Positions 37,120 to 49,640 of a stretch of DNA of 64,000 bases are shown piece by piece. The notes below the pieces were generated by a model that saw nothing but the letters and a program-made list of their open reading frames with translations, did not search any database and was not told the origin of the DNA. The DNA is from Octopus sinensis (taxonomy: Eukaryota). A program made the position numbers and the translations under genes. Location of the stretch: NCBI RefSeq assembly GCF_006345805.1, contig NC_043020.1, forward strand, positions 10,540,001 to 10,604,000, in the 5' to 3' direction. Numbering within the stretch: position 1 is the stretch's first letter; every line of letters starts with the position of its first letter.

Positions 37120-37680
37120 AAATATGTATATATATATGTATATACGTATGTATATATGCATGTATATATATGTATGTATATATATGTATGCATTTATATT
37201 TATATATCTATGCATATATGCATGTATATATATGTATGTATGTATATATATGTATGCATTTATATTTATATATCTATGTATATATGCATGTATATATATA
37301 TATGTATGTATGTATATATATGTATGCATGTATATATATGTATGTATGTATATATATGTATGCATGTATATATATGTATGCATGTATATATATGTATGTA
37401 TGTATATATATGTATGTATGTATATATATGTATGCATTTATATTTATATATCTATGTATATATGCATGTATATATATGTATGTATGTATATATATATATA
37501 TGTATGTATGTATATATATATATGTATGTATGTATATATATATATGTATGTATGTATATATATATATGTATGCATTTATATTTATATATCTATGTATATA
37601 TGCATGTATATATATGTATGTATGTATATATATGTATGCATTTATATTTATATATCTATGCATATATGTATATACACACA
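37120..37680. repeat. Compound TA/TATG microsatellite
   Basis: Direct inspection. Others: (TATG)n 17998-18176, (GATA/TA)n 46650-47617, (CA)-rich 58855-59285, (CTTT)n 45595-45718. Confidence 0.97.
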
Positions 37681-38037
37681 CGTGTGTATGTATATTACAA
37701 ACTTCAGCACAATTTCCATCTACCAAAATTTCCTTCAAACAAGTTATCAGTAAACCTGAGGTGATGACAGAAGACATTTTACAAAAATGCTGCATTCTGA
37801 TACTGAACCCAGAACCAACATAGTTGCAGAGCAAACCACCTACCTGCCTGCATCTACTTATAACCTCCACATTAAAATATGTCAGGATAAATGTCAATAT
37901 TAGAATTATAGCTTGACACCATTTTGGAATCAACAACCAACTTCTGTAATTAAGTGGTTTATTTAAATGAAAATATATTAAAAATTTTAAGATACGGTTT
38001 AGTGATGTCACCATGATGATTTGTTAATTATTTTTAG

Positions 38038-38114
38038 GCAGTATCCTGGTAGGAAATATTACTTGGGATAAAAATTTGATTGAAGTGAAAGCTGCTTCTT
38101 GTGTTAACATCCTG
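38038..38114 (+). CDS. Candidate phase 1-0 linking exon (SSILVGNITWDKNLIEVKAASCVNIL)
   Basis: Good acceptor (ttaattatttttag), weak donor (gtatta); restores frame between exons 31658 and 45399; loose similarity to the myosin GI.W...C..LI segment. Confidence 0.35.
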
Positions 38115-39614
38115 GTATTATTTTCAAGAGAAATGTTATGCAGTATTACAAGTGATACGTCACGAAAATTCTGACCAATCAGAATTGCAGTTTGTCTAAG
38201 AGACAGAGAAAAGGCAAAAAAAAAAAGTTAACGAGGAAATGATAGTGCTTCAAAATATTTCTGGTAAAATGGTTATAGTAGTAATTCCTTTTGTAAAATG
38301 ATTATAGTAGCAATAGATCCTTCAACAACAATAATAATGATATCAATAATAATGATTTCGAGGGAGGGGATAAGTTCATTACATCGACCCCAGTACTCAA
38401 CTGGTACTTGCTTTATTACTCCTGAAAGTCAACCGCAGAGGAATTTGAACTCAGATTCTGAAGGCAGATGAAATGTCAATAAGGATTTCATTTGGTGTGC
38501 TAATGGCTCTACCAGCTTTCCACCTTTGTAACAACAATCATTATCATCATCCTTTAATATCTGCTTTCCATGCTAGCATGGGTTGGACGATTTTGACTGA
38601 GGGCTGGTGAACCAGATGGTTGCACCAGGCTCCAATCTGATCTGGCAGAGTTTCTACAGCTGGATGCCCTTCCTAATGCCAACCACTCTGAGAGTGTAGT
38701 GGGTGCTTTTTACGTGCCACTGGCACAGGGGCCAGTCAGGCGATACTGGCAACGACCTCACTTGAATCTTTTTACACATGCCACCAGCACAGGTGCCAGT
38801 AAGGCGACTTTGGTAATGATCATGCTCGAATGGTGCCCTTTTACATGCCACTGGCACGGAAGCCAGTTGGCTGCTCTGGCAACGATCACGCTCGGATGGT
38901 GCTCTTGGCACCCTACTAGCATGGGCACAAGTGGAAGTAGGGTGATGCTGGTAATGATCACGCTCGAATGGAACCCTTTAAGTGCCACTGGCATGGAAAC
39001 TGGTTAGCCGCTCTGTCAATGATCACACTCGTATAGTGCTCTAATGATAATATTCTTTTCCTATTTTGGCACAAGGTCAGCAATTTTGAGAGGCGGGGAA
39101 ATCAATTATATTGACCCCTAATGCTCAACTGGTGGTGGTGGTGGTGCTGGTGCTGCCGCTGCTGCTAAAGGCACAAGGCCTGAAATTTGGTGGGCAAGGG
39201 GACTGGTCAATTACATTGACCCCAGTGTTTCACTGGTACTTAATTCATCAACCTCAAAAGGATGAAATGCAAAGTCGACCATGGTGGAATATGAACTCAG
39301 AATGTAAGGATGGATGAAATGCCACTAAGTATTTCACCTGGCATGCTAATGATTCTGCCGCCTTGCTGCCTTAAGCAATAATAATAATAATGGTTTCAAA
39401 TTTTGCCTCAAGAGCAGCCACTTTAGAGGAGGGGATAAGTTGATTACATCAACCCCAGTGTTTCACTGGTACTAATTTATCAACCCCGATAGGATGACAG
39501 GCAAAGTTAACCTTGGCAGAATTTGAACTCAGAACTTAACGACAGACGAAATACCGCTAAGTATTTTGCCCAGTGTGCTAATGATTCTGCCAGCTTGCCA
39601 CCTTAGCAATAATG

Positions 39615-39651
<37 letters not shown>

Positions 39652-39659
39652 GGAATTAT

Positions 39660-39938
39660 TAGAGTTTTGGACAATTCACCAGAATTCTTAGAGGTTGGGA
39701 AATTCACCGGAATTCTCAGAGGTTTGGATAATTCACCAGAATTCTTAGAGGTTTGGATAATTCACCGGAATTCTTAGAGGTTTGGATAATTCACCGGAAT
39801 TATTAGAGGTTTGGATAATTCACCAGAATTCTTAGAGGTTTGGACAATTCACTGGAATTCTTAGAGGTTTGGAAATTCACCGGAATTCTTAGAGGTTTGG
39901 ATAATTCACCAGAATTCTTAGAGGTTTGGATAATTCAC
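39660..39938. repeat. ~29-bp minisatellite (agaggtttggataattcaccggaattctt), about 10 copies
   Basis: Runs directly into an element (39940-40230) that is also present as a tandem pair at 57600-58290(-). Confidence 0.9.
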
Positions 39939-41126
39939 CTTTGGAAACATGGGTGTTTCATTCAACATCCTTAAACAATCCTTATTCAAGGACCTTTTGA
40001 GTGGGATGGGCTACTCGACCAGAAGAAAATTATAGCTGGGCCCCACCTGCAAGGTCTTGCGCTGTTTATCTTGATATGAGATCACCATGTTGTGCACATA
40101 TGGTTGTGATGCATGTGCCTGGTGTACCCTTATCAGACGGGTAGTCATGATGGGTATATTGGGCTTCACATATTTTACCCCAGTGTCACTTTGATGACAT
40201 GCACTGCTCTCTCACTCAATAATAATAATAATACTAGTGTTAATAATTCTTTCTAATTTTAGCACAAAGCCAGCAATTTTTAACGAAGGGAATATGTCAG
40301 TTTACTTTATTTTATTATAAATGAAAGGCTGAAAGGCAAAACTGACCGCTGCAATCTTTGAAAACAGAACATGAGGAGCCAAAACAAATGCCACTAAATA
40401 TTTTGACTGACATGCGAATTATTTTTTTGACGTACTCTGTTAATAACAGAGTACGTCAAAAAAACAATAAAAATTTATTGACCATAGGAGCTCATTGCAT
40501 TCAGTACAAAATTTATTAAAAAATTGTTGTAAAGTGGTCTTTTGCCACTGTTGTGTCTGCCTTTTGATGACGGTTGTCAATCTGACAGATGTTGTTATAT
40601 TCCAAAGTCGTCGATAGAATGGTTTTATCTGTCACTGTACGACCCCCAGTCATAAAGTGTTATTATCCTCAAAAGACTGGATCCTTATAATGTCCACTTA
40701 GTATCACAGTATAATTGCTGTATCAGCACAGACACGACTGTCAACACATTCTACATGTACTCTTGACCTCTTGACTTTCTTTCTGTCGACTGGCTACAGG
40801 TCTAATTTATAATGGCTGGCTACTACCACTTTTTACCAAGAGGGATGTACAGTAACACTATATAACAAAAATATGGCAGGATGTGAATGCATTCATGTAT
40901 GTCTGTATATATGCATGCACAAATACAACTACAACTGAGTCCTTTTATTTCATTGATTTACGATAATCACTTCATCATTCAATCTCTTGATCGTTACTAC
41001 ATTATTATGCCAGGACTGGTGCTATAAAAAGAAAACTGCAACACATATCAATTTGACATTCAATTTCCTTCAAAGCAGTCTCGTTCTGAAACCAGACACT
41101 TTATCCAGCATTGTCTCCATTGATGG

Positions 41127-41163
<37 letters not shown>

Positions 41164-41619
41164 TGTTTAACGTCCGTTTTCCATGCTAGCATGGGTCGGA
41201 CGCTTCGACCGGGGATCTGGGAAGCCAGGCGGCTGCACCAGGCTCCAGTCTGATCTGGCAATGTTTCTACAGCTGGATGCCCTTCCTAACGGCAACCACT
41301 CTGTGATTGTAGTAGGTGCTCTTTACGTGCCACCAGCACAGGGGCCAGAGGAGGCTGGCAAACGGCCACAATCGGTTGGTGCTTTTATTTGTCTCCGACA
41401 CGGACACCAGTCAGGTGGCGCTGGCATCTTCCACGTTTGGACAGTGCTTTTTACGTGTCACCGGCACGGGTATCTTAACTACAATTTCCATTTGATTTTT
41501 ATTTTGATGTTGGTGTTGACGTACTTGACTCAATAGGTCTCCTCAAGAACAGCGGGTCACTCTATGATCCAAGGTTAGCGCAGCAGGCCATCCTGTGAGC
41601 CATGGACTCACTTCATTTG

Positions 41620-42040
41620 TTAGGCGGTGAGCTGGCAGAAACGTTAGCACACCGGGCGAAATGCTTAGCGGTATTTCATCTGCCGTTACGGTGTGAGTTC
41701 AGATTCCGCCGAGGTCGACTTTGCCTTTCATCCTTTCGGGGTCAATAAATTAAGTACCAGTTACGCATTGAGGACGATGTAATCGACTTAATCCCTTTGT
41801 CTGTCCTTGTTTGTCCTCTCTGTGTTTAGCCCCTTGTGGGTAATAAAGAAATAGGTATTTCGTCTGCCATTACATTGTGAGTTCAAATTCCGCCGTGGTC
41901 GACTTTGCCTTTCATCCTTTCGGGGTCAATAAATTAAGTACCAGTTACGCATTGGGGATGATGCAATTGACTTAATACCTATGTCTGTCCTTGCTTGTCC
42001 CCTCTATGTTTAGCCCCTTGTGAGTAATAAAGAAATAGGT
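41620..42040 (+). mobile_element. tRNA-derived SINE, family B (partial tandem)
   Basis: Head GGCGGTGAGCTGGCAGAAACGTTAGC, tail GTAATAAAGAAATA; copies near 20030-20415(-), 27260-27480, 44125-44360, 48320-48560(-), 48845-49074(-). Confidence 0.85.
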
Positions 42041-42149
42041 CTTCACAGTCACAGCATATCTCAGAGGCCTTGGTCTTCGTCAATTCTTCTGTGAGGCCCT
42101 ACGTGCCTCCAGCATGGGTATCACAACTACAATATATTCCTAGAAATCC

Positions 42150-42782
42150 TTTTTTGGGATAACAAGCAGCTACCTCATCCCCTTCTCTTGGATTTTCTCA
42201 ATGTTTTGAAATCTTGTTCCTTTCAAGTGGGACTTGATTTTTGGAAAAGGAACAAGATCTGGGGATCTGGGGAATACGGTGGTTGTCGGACCTGGGGAAT
42301 GCTGTGCTTGGCCAAAACCTGCTATTCAAGCTGTGCTGAATGGGCTGGTGTGTTGTCATGGTGGAGTTGCCACTCACTGGATGCACTTATATCTGTCCTT
42401 TTCTGATGAACAGCATCCTGCAAATACTAAATGTCATACTAGTACTCCTTGCTTACTGTTTGACCAGTATGAATGCCTCATCCACCATATTTGCGGGCAC
42501 TGCCCCCCATCTGATTATCATCTATTCCGCAGTCTTCAAAATTATTTGGATGGGAAAAATATGAATTCTGCAGATGAGGTCAGAACAGTACTGGAGTAGT
42601 AGTTTTCATCACAGACAAATGAATTTATCAAGAGGGACCTTGCAAGTCTACCAGATAGATGGAAGAGTATTATAGAAAATGATGGAGAATATATTTTAGA
42701 TTAAAAAGAGAAGTTTGTTTATCTTAATTTTGAAAAATAAAAGAAGCATAAAAACCCACATCATTTATGGGATGACCCAATA
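42150..42782. mobile_element. Two mariner transposase fragments in opposite orientations
   Basis: Minus: WQLHHDNTPAH...PPYSPD. Plus: PSDYHLFRSLQNYL...RWKSIIENDGEYILD and a terminal repeat. Confidence 0.8.
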
Positions 42783-42919
42783 TATATATATATATACTCA
42801 GAGTAACAGGTTTTGTTGAATTTTCTGCTGCTTTAAATAAAGCATATCACTCTACCACTGGTATTTGAGTACTCTTTTTTTTTTTTTTCCACCTTGTTTC
42901 ACATTTATGTGTTTACTCC

Positions 42920-42957
<38 letters not shown>

Positions 42958-44614
42958 TATATATATATATATAATTACTTAGAGAGAGTATTTAGGAATT
43001 ATTTGATACAGTTATGATATTTAGAGAAAGATTAATTATTAAAGTCTACACACAATTTGTGAAATTCCTTCCTAAAGGTTAGTACCATTCTACTCTCTAA
43101 AAAGTTTTTTCTTAATCTTAACTTTTGGAAAAAAAAGTCTTTCTCTAAAAATCATAACTGTATCAAGTAATTCCTAAATACTCTCTCTAATTATATAATA
43201 TTATATATATATATATATATATATAATATTATATAATTAGAGAGAGTATTTAGAAATTACTTGATACAGTTATATATATATAATATATATATACATATAT
43301 ATATATATATGTTTAATACCATTCTACTATCTAAAAAGTTTTTTCTTAATCTTAACATCTTGAAAAAAAAATCTTTCTCTAAAAATATATACCTATTACA
43401 TATGTGGAAAATCGGTGTGTGTTTGTTTGTTGGCATTGTTAGTTAACTCCTTCTACATCGTTTTATTGATTTGAGTGAAACTTGACACATGAGTAGAACT
43501 CATGTCTGAAAACCTCATGGCATACTTAGATTGCTGAAAAAATCAATAATATGGCCCCTGGAAATTGCTTTCTTATATCACAGTAATAAGGCGTTTCAAT
43601 AGAACATCTTACTGAGTACACCATTTAGTATCATCATCATTTAACGTTCACTTTCCATGCTAGCATGGGCTAGACTGTTCGACTGGGGTCTGAGAAGCCA
43701 GAAGGCTGCACCATGCTCCAGTCTGATCTGGCAGTGTTTCTACAGCTTGATGCCCTTCCTAACGCCAACCACTTCGTGAGTGTAGTGGGTGCTTTTTACG
43801 TGCCACCGACACGGGTACCAGACGAGGCTGGCAATGGCCATGATCGGTTGGTGCATTTTATGTGCCACTGGTACGGAAGCCAGTCAAGGCAGCACTGGCA
43901 TCGGCCACATTTGGATGGTGCTTTTTACGTGTCACCGGTACAGGTAGTATATATATATTTATTATTTATTATCATTTTGCTTTTCATACGTGTGTGTGTA
44001 CCCTTGTCTAGATATCATATGATGGATGTCAATGAGCATTATCACCATACAAGCAAGGTTGTCTCCACACTTCTGTGAAAAATAGGTCAAACCTTGGGGA
44101 AATATTAGCTTGTTTGAAGACCGGTATGGGCGGCGAGCTGGCAGAAACGTTAGCACACCGGGCGAAATGCGTAGCCGTATTTCGTCTGCTGTTACGTTCT
44201 GGGTTCAAATTCCGCTGAGGTCGACTTTGCCTTTCATCCTTTCGGGGTCGATAAATTAAGTACCAGTTACGCACTGAGGTCGATGTAATTGACTTAATCC
44301 GTTTTCTGTTGTTGTTTGTTCACTCTGTGTTTAGCCCCTTGTGGGTAGTAAAGAAATAGGTATGGGTTGGTGATAGGAAGGACATCTATATGTAAAACAT
44401 CTGCCTCAATAAATTTCATCTGGTCCATGCAAGCATGAAAAAGTGGATGTTAAATGGTGATGATTATGTGGTTGTGTGGTAAGAAGCTTGCTTCTTAACC
44501 ACATGGTTCCAAGTTCAGTCCCATCACATGGCACCTCAGGCTTCTTTTATAGACTAAGGCTGACCAAAGCCTTGTGAGAGGATTTGGTAGACGGAAATTG
44601 AAAGAAGCCCATTG

Positions 44615-44657
<43 letters not shown>

Positions 44658-45120
44658 CTCCCCCCATCTCCACTTGATAACTGATGGTGATGTGTTTATG
44701 TCCCTGTAACTTAGCGATTCAGCAAAAGAGACAAATAGAATAAGCACTAGGCTTCAAAGCATATTAAGTCCTAGAGTCAATTTATTCAACTATAAAACCC
44801 TTCAAGGCACCGCCCCAGCATGGCCACAGTCAAATGACTGAAACAAGTAAAAGATCAAAGACAAAAGATATAATTAAGTGTGTGTGTGTGTGTGTGTGTA
44901 TACGCACACACACACACTATCTTTACTCTTTTACTCTTTTACTTGTTTCAGTCATTTGACTGCGGCCATGCTGGAGCACCGCCTTTAGTCGAGCAAATCG
45001 ACCCCGGGACTTATTCTTTTGTAAGCCCAGTACGTATTCTATCGGTCTCTTTTGCCGAACCGCTAAGTGACGGGGACGTAAACACATCAGCATCGGTTGT
45101 CAAGCAATGCTAGGGAGACA

Positions 45121-45168
<48 letters not shown>

Positions 45169-45398
45169 CATGTATACGACAGGCTTCTTTCAGTTTCTGT
45201 CTACCAAATCCACTCACAAGGCATTGGTCGGCCCGGGGCTATAGCAGAAGACACTTGCCCAAAATGCCACGCAGTGGGACTGAACCCGGAACCATGTAGT
45301 TGGTTAGCAAGCTACTTACCACACAGCCACTCCTGCGCCTATATATACTGTGTAATATATTATATAAACAATATATCCAGTATTTATTTTAATGTCAG

Positions 45399-45502
45399 GT
45401 TAATGGTATATTTAAACTCCTAAATGAATCTGTTAGAGAGAGTAGAAGTCACATTGGTGTCATCATCAACAGAATTGAAGCTACTCACAGCAGAAACTCC
45501 TG
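45399..45502 (+). CDS. dachs: Dachs-like myosin exon (VNGIFKLLNESVRESRSHIGVIINRIEATHSRNS), phase 0-2
   Basis: tgtcag acceptor, gtgagt donor; GI..LL.E...I...H..N myosin pattern; phase 2 matches exon 55527. Confidence 0.88.
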
Positions 45503-45718
45503 GTGAGTATCACGTTATTGTTTCATTTTTTTTTTTGTTGTTGTTTGCATTTGTTTATATTGTTGAACTTATTTTTGTTGCAATTTTCAATATATTTTCT
45601 CTTTCTTTCTTTCCTTCTTTCTTTCTTTCCTTCTTTCTTTCTTTCTCTCATTCTCTCTTTCCTTCCTTTCTTTCTTTCTTTCTTTCTTTCCTTCTTTCTT
45701 TCTTTCTTTCCTTCTTTC

Positions 45719-45818
45719 NNNNNNNNNNNNNNNNNNNNNNNNNNNNNNNNNNNNNNNNNNNNNNNNNNNNNNNNNNNNNNNNNNNNNNNNNNNNNNNNNN
45801 NNNNNNNNNNNNNNNNNN
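45719..45818. other. Assembly gap (100 N)
   Basis: Run of N next to (CTTT)n. Confidence 1.
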
Positions 45819-45953
45819 TTGACGTGATTGCAGAGCAATATGCGATGTAGTGTTTTGCTCCAGAACACATTGCACCACTTGGTCTAGAAATTGAAATCGG
45901 GATCACTAGATCATGAGCGTGCAACACCCTAACCACTAAGCCATGTGCCCTTG

Positions 45954-45986
<33 letters not shown>

Positions 45987-46348
45987 TAAATTAGAGATAA
46001 AACCACTATTAGGCAAATCAAACAGTGAAAAACATAAACCAAAACATAGAAATAAAAATAATTAATATAATATACAAAATACAAATTTAAAATTTAAATT
46101 ATTTAAATTTAAAGTTAAAAATTAAAAATTATTAATTTATATTTATAAATTTTCATATATATATATATATATATATATTTATTTTATTTATTTACTTATT
46201 AATTTTTTTTTTAAATTAAATATATATAACTATCAAAAGTATTAACAGTGGTTTTATCTCTAATTTAATTTATATTTATACTGTAAAATTAGATTTAATC
46301 CTAAATCTAATTTTTCCTGTAAGTTTGGATTTACTACCTAAATATTAT

Positions 46349-46389
<41 letters not shown>

Positions 46390-46672
46390 TCAATTTTTCA
46401 TAAGTTGGAAAAAAAAGGATGCTTTAAAATAATTTCAAGCAGTAATGTTTTGTAAAGCCATTGATTATGACCGGTCAGAAAGTTTAAAATCATTTAGTCT
46501 GTTGTTGCTCTTAGCAATACAGGTGATTAATAAGTACTGCACGCTTATGGGTTATGTGCCTCTGGTTAGCAGGTCTAATGAATCGCCTTCATTGCCAAGA
46601 GTAATGATAGATGTGAAACCAATGATAATTTTCTGACCAGCCGCAACCAATGGTTACATATAATATATATAT

Positions 46673-46710
<38 letters not shown>

Positions 46711-46940
46711 GATAGATAGATAGATATAGATAGATAGATAGATAGATATAGATAGATAGATAGATAGATAGATATAGATAGATAATATATATATATAGAT
46801 AGATAGATAGATACATATATATATAGATAGATAGATAGATACATATATATATAGATAGATACATATATATATAGATATATAGATAGATACATATATATAT
46901 ATAGATAGATAGATAGATACATATATATAGATAGATAGAT

Positions 46941-46972
<32 letters not shown>

Positions 46973-47006
46973 AGATACATATATATATATAGATAGATAG
47001 ATAGAT

Positions 47007-47038
<32 letters not shown>

Positions 47039-47084
47039 AGATACATATATATATAGATAGATAGATAGATACATATATATATAT

Positions 47085-47115
<31 letters not shown>

Positions 47116-47152
47116 CATATATATATATATATATAGATAGATAGATAGATAG

Positions 47153-47183
<31 letters not shown>

Positions 47184-47226
47184 GATAGATAGATAGATAC
47201 ATATATATATAGATAGATAGATAGAT

Positions 47227-47258
<32 letters not shown>

Positions 47259-47262
47259 AGAT

Positions 47263-47294
<32 letters not shown>

Positions 47295-47582
47295 AGATAC
47301 ATATATATATATATATATAGATAGATAGATAGATAGATACATATATATATATATATAGATAGATAGATAGATAGATACATATATATATATATATAGATAG
47401 ATAGATAGATAGATACATATATATATATATATAGATAGATAGATAGATAGATACATATATATATATATAGATAGATAGATACATATATATATATATAGAT
47501 AGATAGATAGATAGATAGATACATATATATATATATAGATAGATAGATACATATATATATATATAGATAGATAGATAGATAG

Positions 47583-47621
<39 letters not shown>

Positions 47622-47940
47622 TCAGTGGTTAGAGCGTCGAGCTTACGATCGTGAGGTTGTGAGCTCGAATCCCGGACCGGGCTGGGTGTTGTGTTCTTGA
47701 GCAAGGCATTTGTTTCACGTTGCTCCAGTTCACTCAGCTGTAGAAATGAGTTGCGACGTCACTGGTGCCAAGCTGTGTCGGCCCCTTTGCCTTCCCTTGG
47801 ATAACACTGGTGGCGTGGAGAGGGAGGCGGTATGCATGGGCGACTGCTGGTCTTCCATAAACAACCTTGCCCGGACTTGTGTCTAGGAGGGTAACTTTCT
47901 AGGTGCAATCCCATGGTCATTCATGACCGAAGGGGGTCTT

Positions 47941-47980
<40 letters not shown>

Positions 47981-48844
47981 AATATATATATATATATACA
48001 TGTATATGACGCCCCCGTATCATTCCTGTTTTTATTCGTTACTGTAAATTTTATCTTCGTCTCTTGTTTTCCTGTTCGTCTCGACTGGGAATTACGTTGT
48101 CAGGAATTACGTGGATCAGCTCTATCGTATTTGGTGAGAAAAATATCTGTTTCTCTTGGGGTCTTATAAAAAAGAAACAGGACTTCACTGCAGCTGAGCC
48201 ACCTCACTGTTGTGTGATAAAGCAAATCACAGAATTCAGAACCAATTTCTTCAAGAAAGGCCTGGAACTGGCAGTGATTAAGAGTATGACCCTGAATGAA
48301 GTTCACCACAGAAACGACTGGTTTCAGTACTTAGTCCTTATCTGTTTCTTTATTGCCCACAAGGGGCTAAACATAGAGGGGATAAACAAGGACAGACAAA
48401 GGGATTAAGTCGATTACATCGACTCCCAGTGCGTAACTGGTACTTAATTTATCGACCCCGAAAGGATGAAAGGCTAAGTAGACCTTGGCGGAATTTGAAC
48501 TCAGAAATACGGCTACGTATTTTGCCCGGCGTGCTAACGTTTCTGCCAGCTTGCCACCTTACTTAGTCCTTATCTGCCCCACCAGACCCTTCTTCGCTCC
48601 AGCCATAGTAACACATCAAAGCTGATTCCACTGAAAGTTATAACCTTGAAAAGTTTTCTGCACTCCTATGAAAATGTCTTCCCCAGTTGTTCTGTGCCTG
48701 GTGCAAATGGAGCCGACTCTTCTGTGATTTGAAAGTCCAAATTAACATTACAAATGAACATGGGAAGTTGTGACATACTTGAGAGATCAATAGACTCATC
48801 CAGCACCAGAAAGTACAAGAAATTCCTAGCTTTCTCACATATCT

Positions 48845-49179
48845 ATTTCTTTACTGCCCACAAGAGGCTAAACACAGAGGGGACAAACAAGGACAGACAA
48901 ACGGATTAAGTCGATTATATCGACCCCAGTGCGTAACTGGTACTTAATTTATCAACCCCGAAAGGATGAAAGGCAAAGTCAACCTCGGCGGAATTTGAAC
49001 TCAGAACATAGCGGCAGACGAAATACCGCGAAGCATTTCGCCCGACGTGCTAACAATTCTGCCAGCTCTCCGCCTTTTTTTAATATGGAACGCTTCATGA
49101 ATTTGCTTGTCATCCTTGCGCAGAGGCCATGGTAATCTTCTCTGTATTGTTCCAATTTTAGTATATGTACTGCCGAAGC
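48845..49179 (-). pseudogene. RNU6: U6 snRNA retrocopy (49082-49179) fused via A7 to a SINE (48845-49074)
   Basis: Minus strand reads GCTTCGGCAGTACATATACTAAAATTGGAACAATACAGAGAAGATTACCATGGCCTCTGCGCAAGGATGACAAGCAAATTCATGAAGCGTTCCATATT: 6 differences from human U6 over 98 nt, first ~6 nt missing, AGC triad changed to ACC. Direct repeat agctttctcacatatct at 48828-48844 and 49177-49193. Confidence 0.93.
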
Positions 49180-49299
49180 TTTCTCACATATCTGTAGCAC
49201 TATGTTCTTCTGTTCTCTGCATAACTGAACTTGCTGAAAGGTCAATACTTCCAAACAAGTTGGCTTTCTCAGAAACACAGGTCATTTAAGTTAAATTAA

Positions 49300-49640
49300 G
49301 TTAAGTTAATTTTTTAACTCAAAAAGCAAAAAGCAAGGCCATGTAGGGTGACATGGAGTTATGTACAGGGAGGGTGTTCATGCAAAGAGTTCAGGCCATT
49401 TCTGGTCAAGAGAGACTTTGAACCGAGCGGCCGTCGGCATCTTCACTATCTCGTCCAGCAGCTTATTCCACGGATCCGCAACCCGGGCGGAGAAAGCCCC
49501 TCTCCTTCGATTGAGATGAAATCATCACAGATAGAGCTTTTCGGAGTGACCCCGCAGCCCATGCTCTGCTTCCATCATACAATCTTTGATGAAGTTGCCA
49601 TCACTAAACGGGTTTCCTCACTCTACTATCTTATGCCTTA
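49300..49640 (-). mobile_element. CR1/L2-type LINE 3' end
   Basis: AFSARVADPWNKL.DEIV...FKVSLDQKW, with a (TTAAC)n tail. Confidence 0.78.

Noticed and set aside
37105-38014. Long ORFs rich in Y/I/M/C/V/H (also 46575-47704, 17726-18257, 58720-59357, 61016-61618)
   Set aside because: Translations of TA, TATG, GATA and CA microsatellites; no protein signal.
47617-47700. tRNA-like sequences (also 33015, 49670, 54880)
   Set aside because: They continue into SINE bodies and lack a complete acceptor stem, so they are SINE heads rather than tRNA genes.
49082-49179. Functional U6 gene
   Set aside because: 5'-truncated, AGC triad mutated, no T-run terminator, fused to a SINE and flanked by a TSD.
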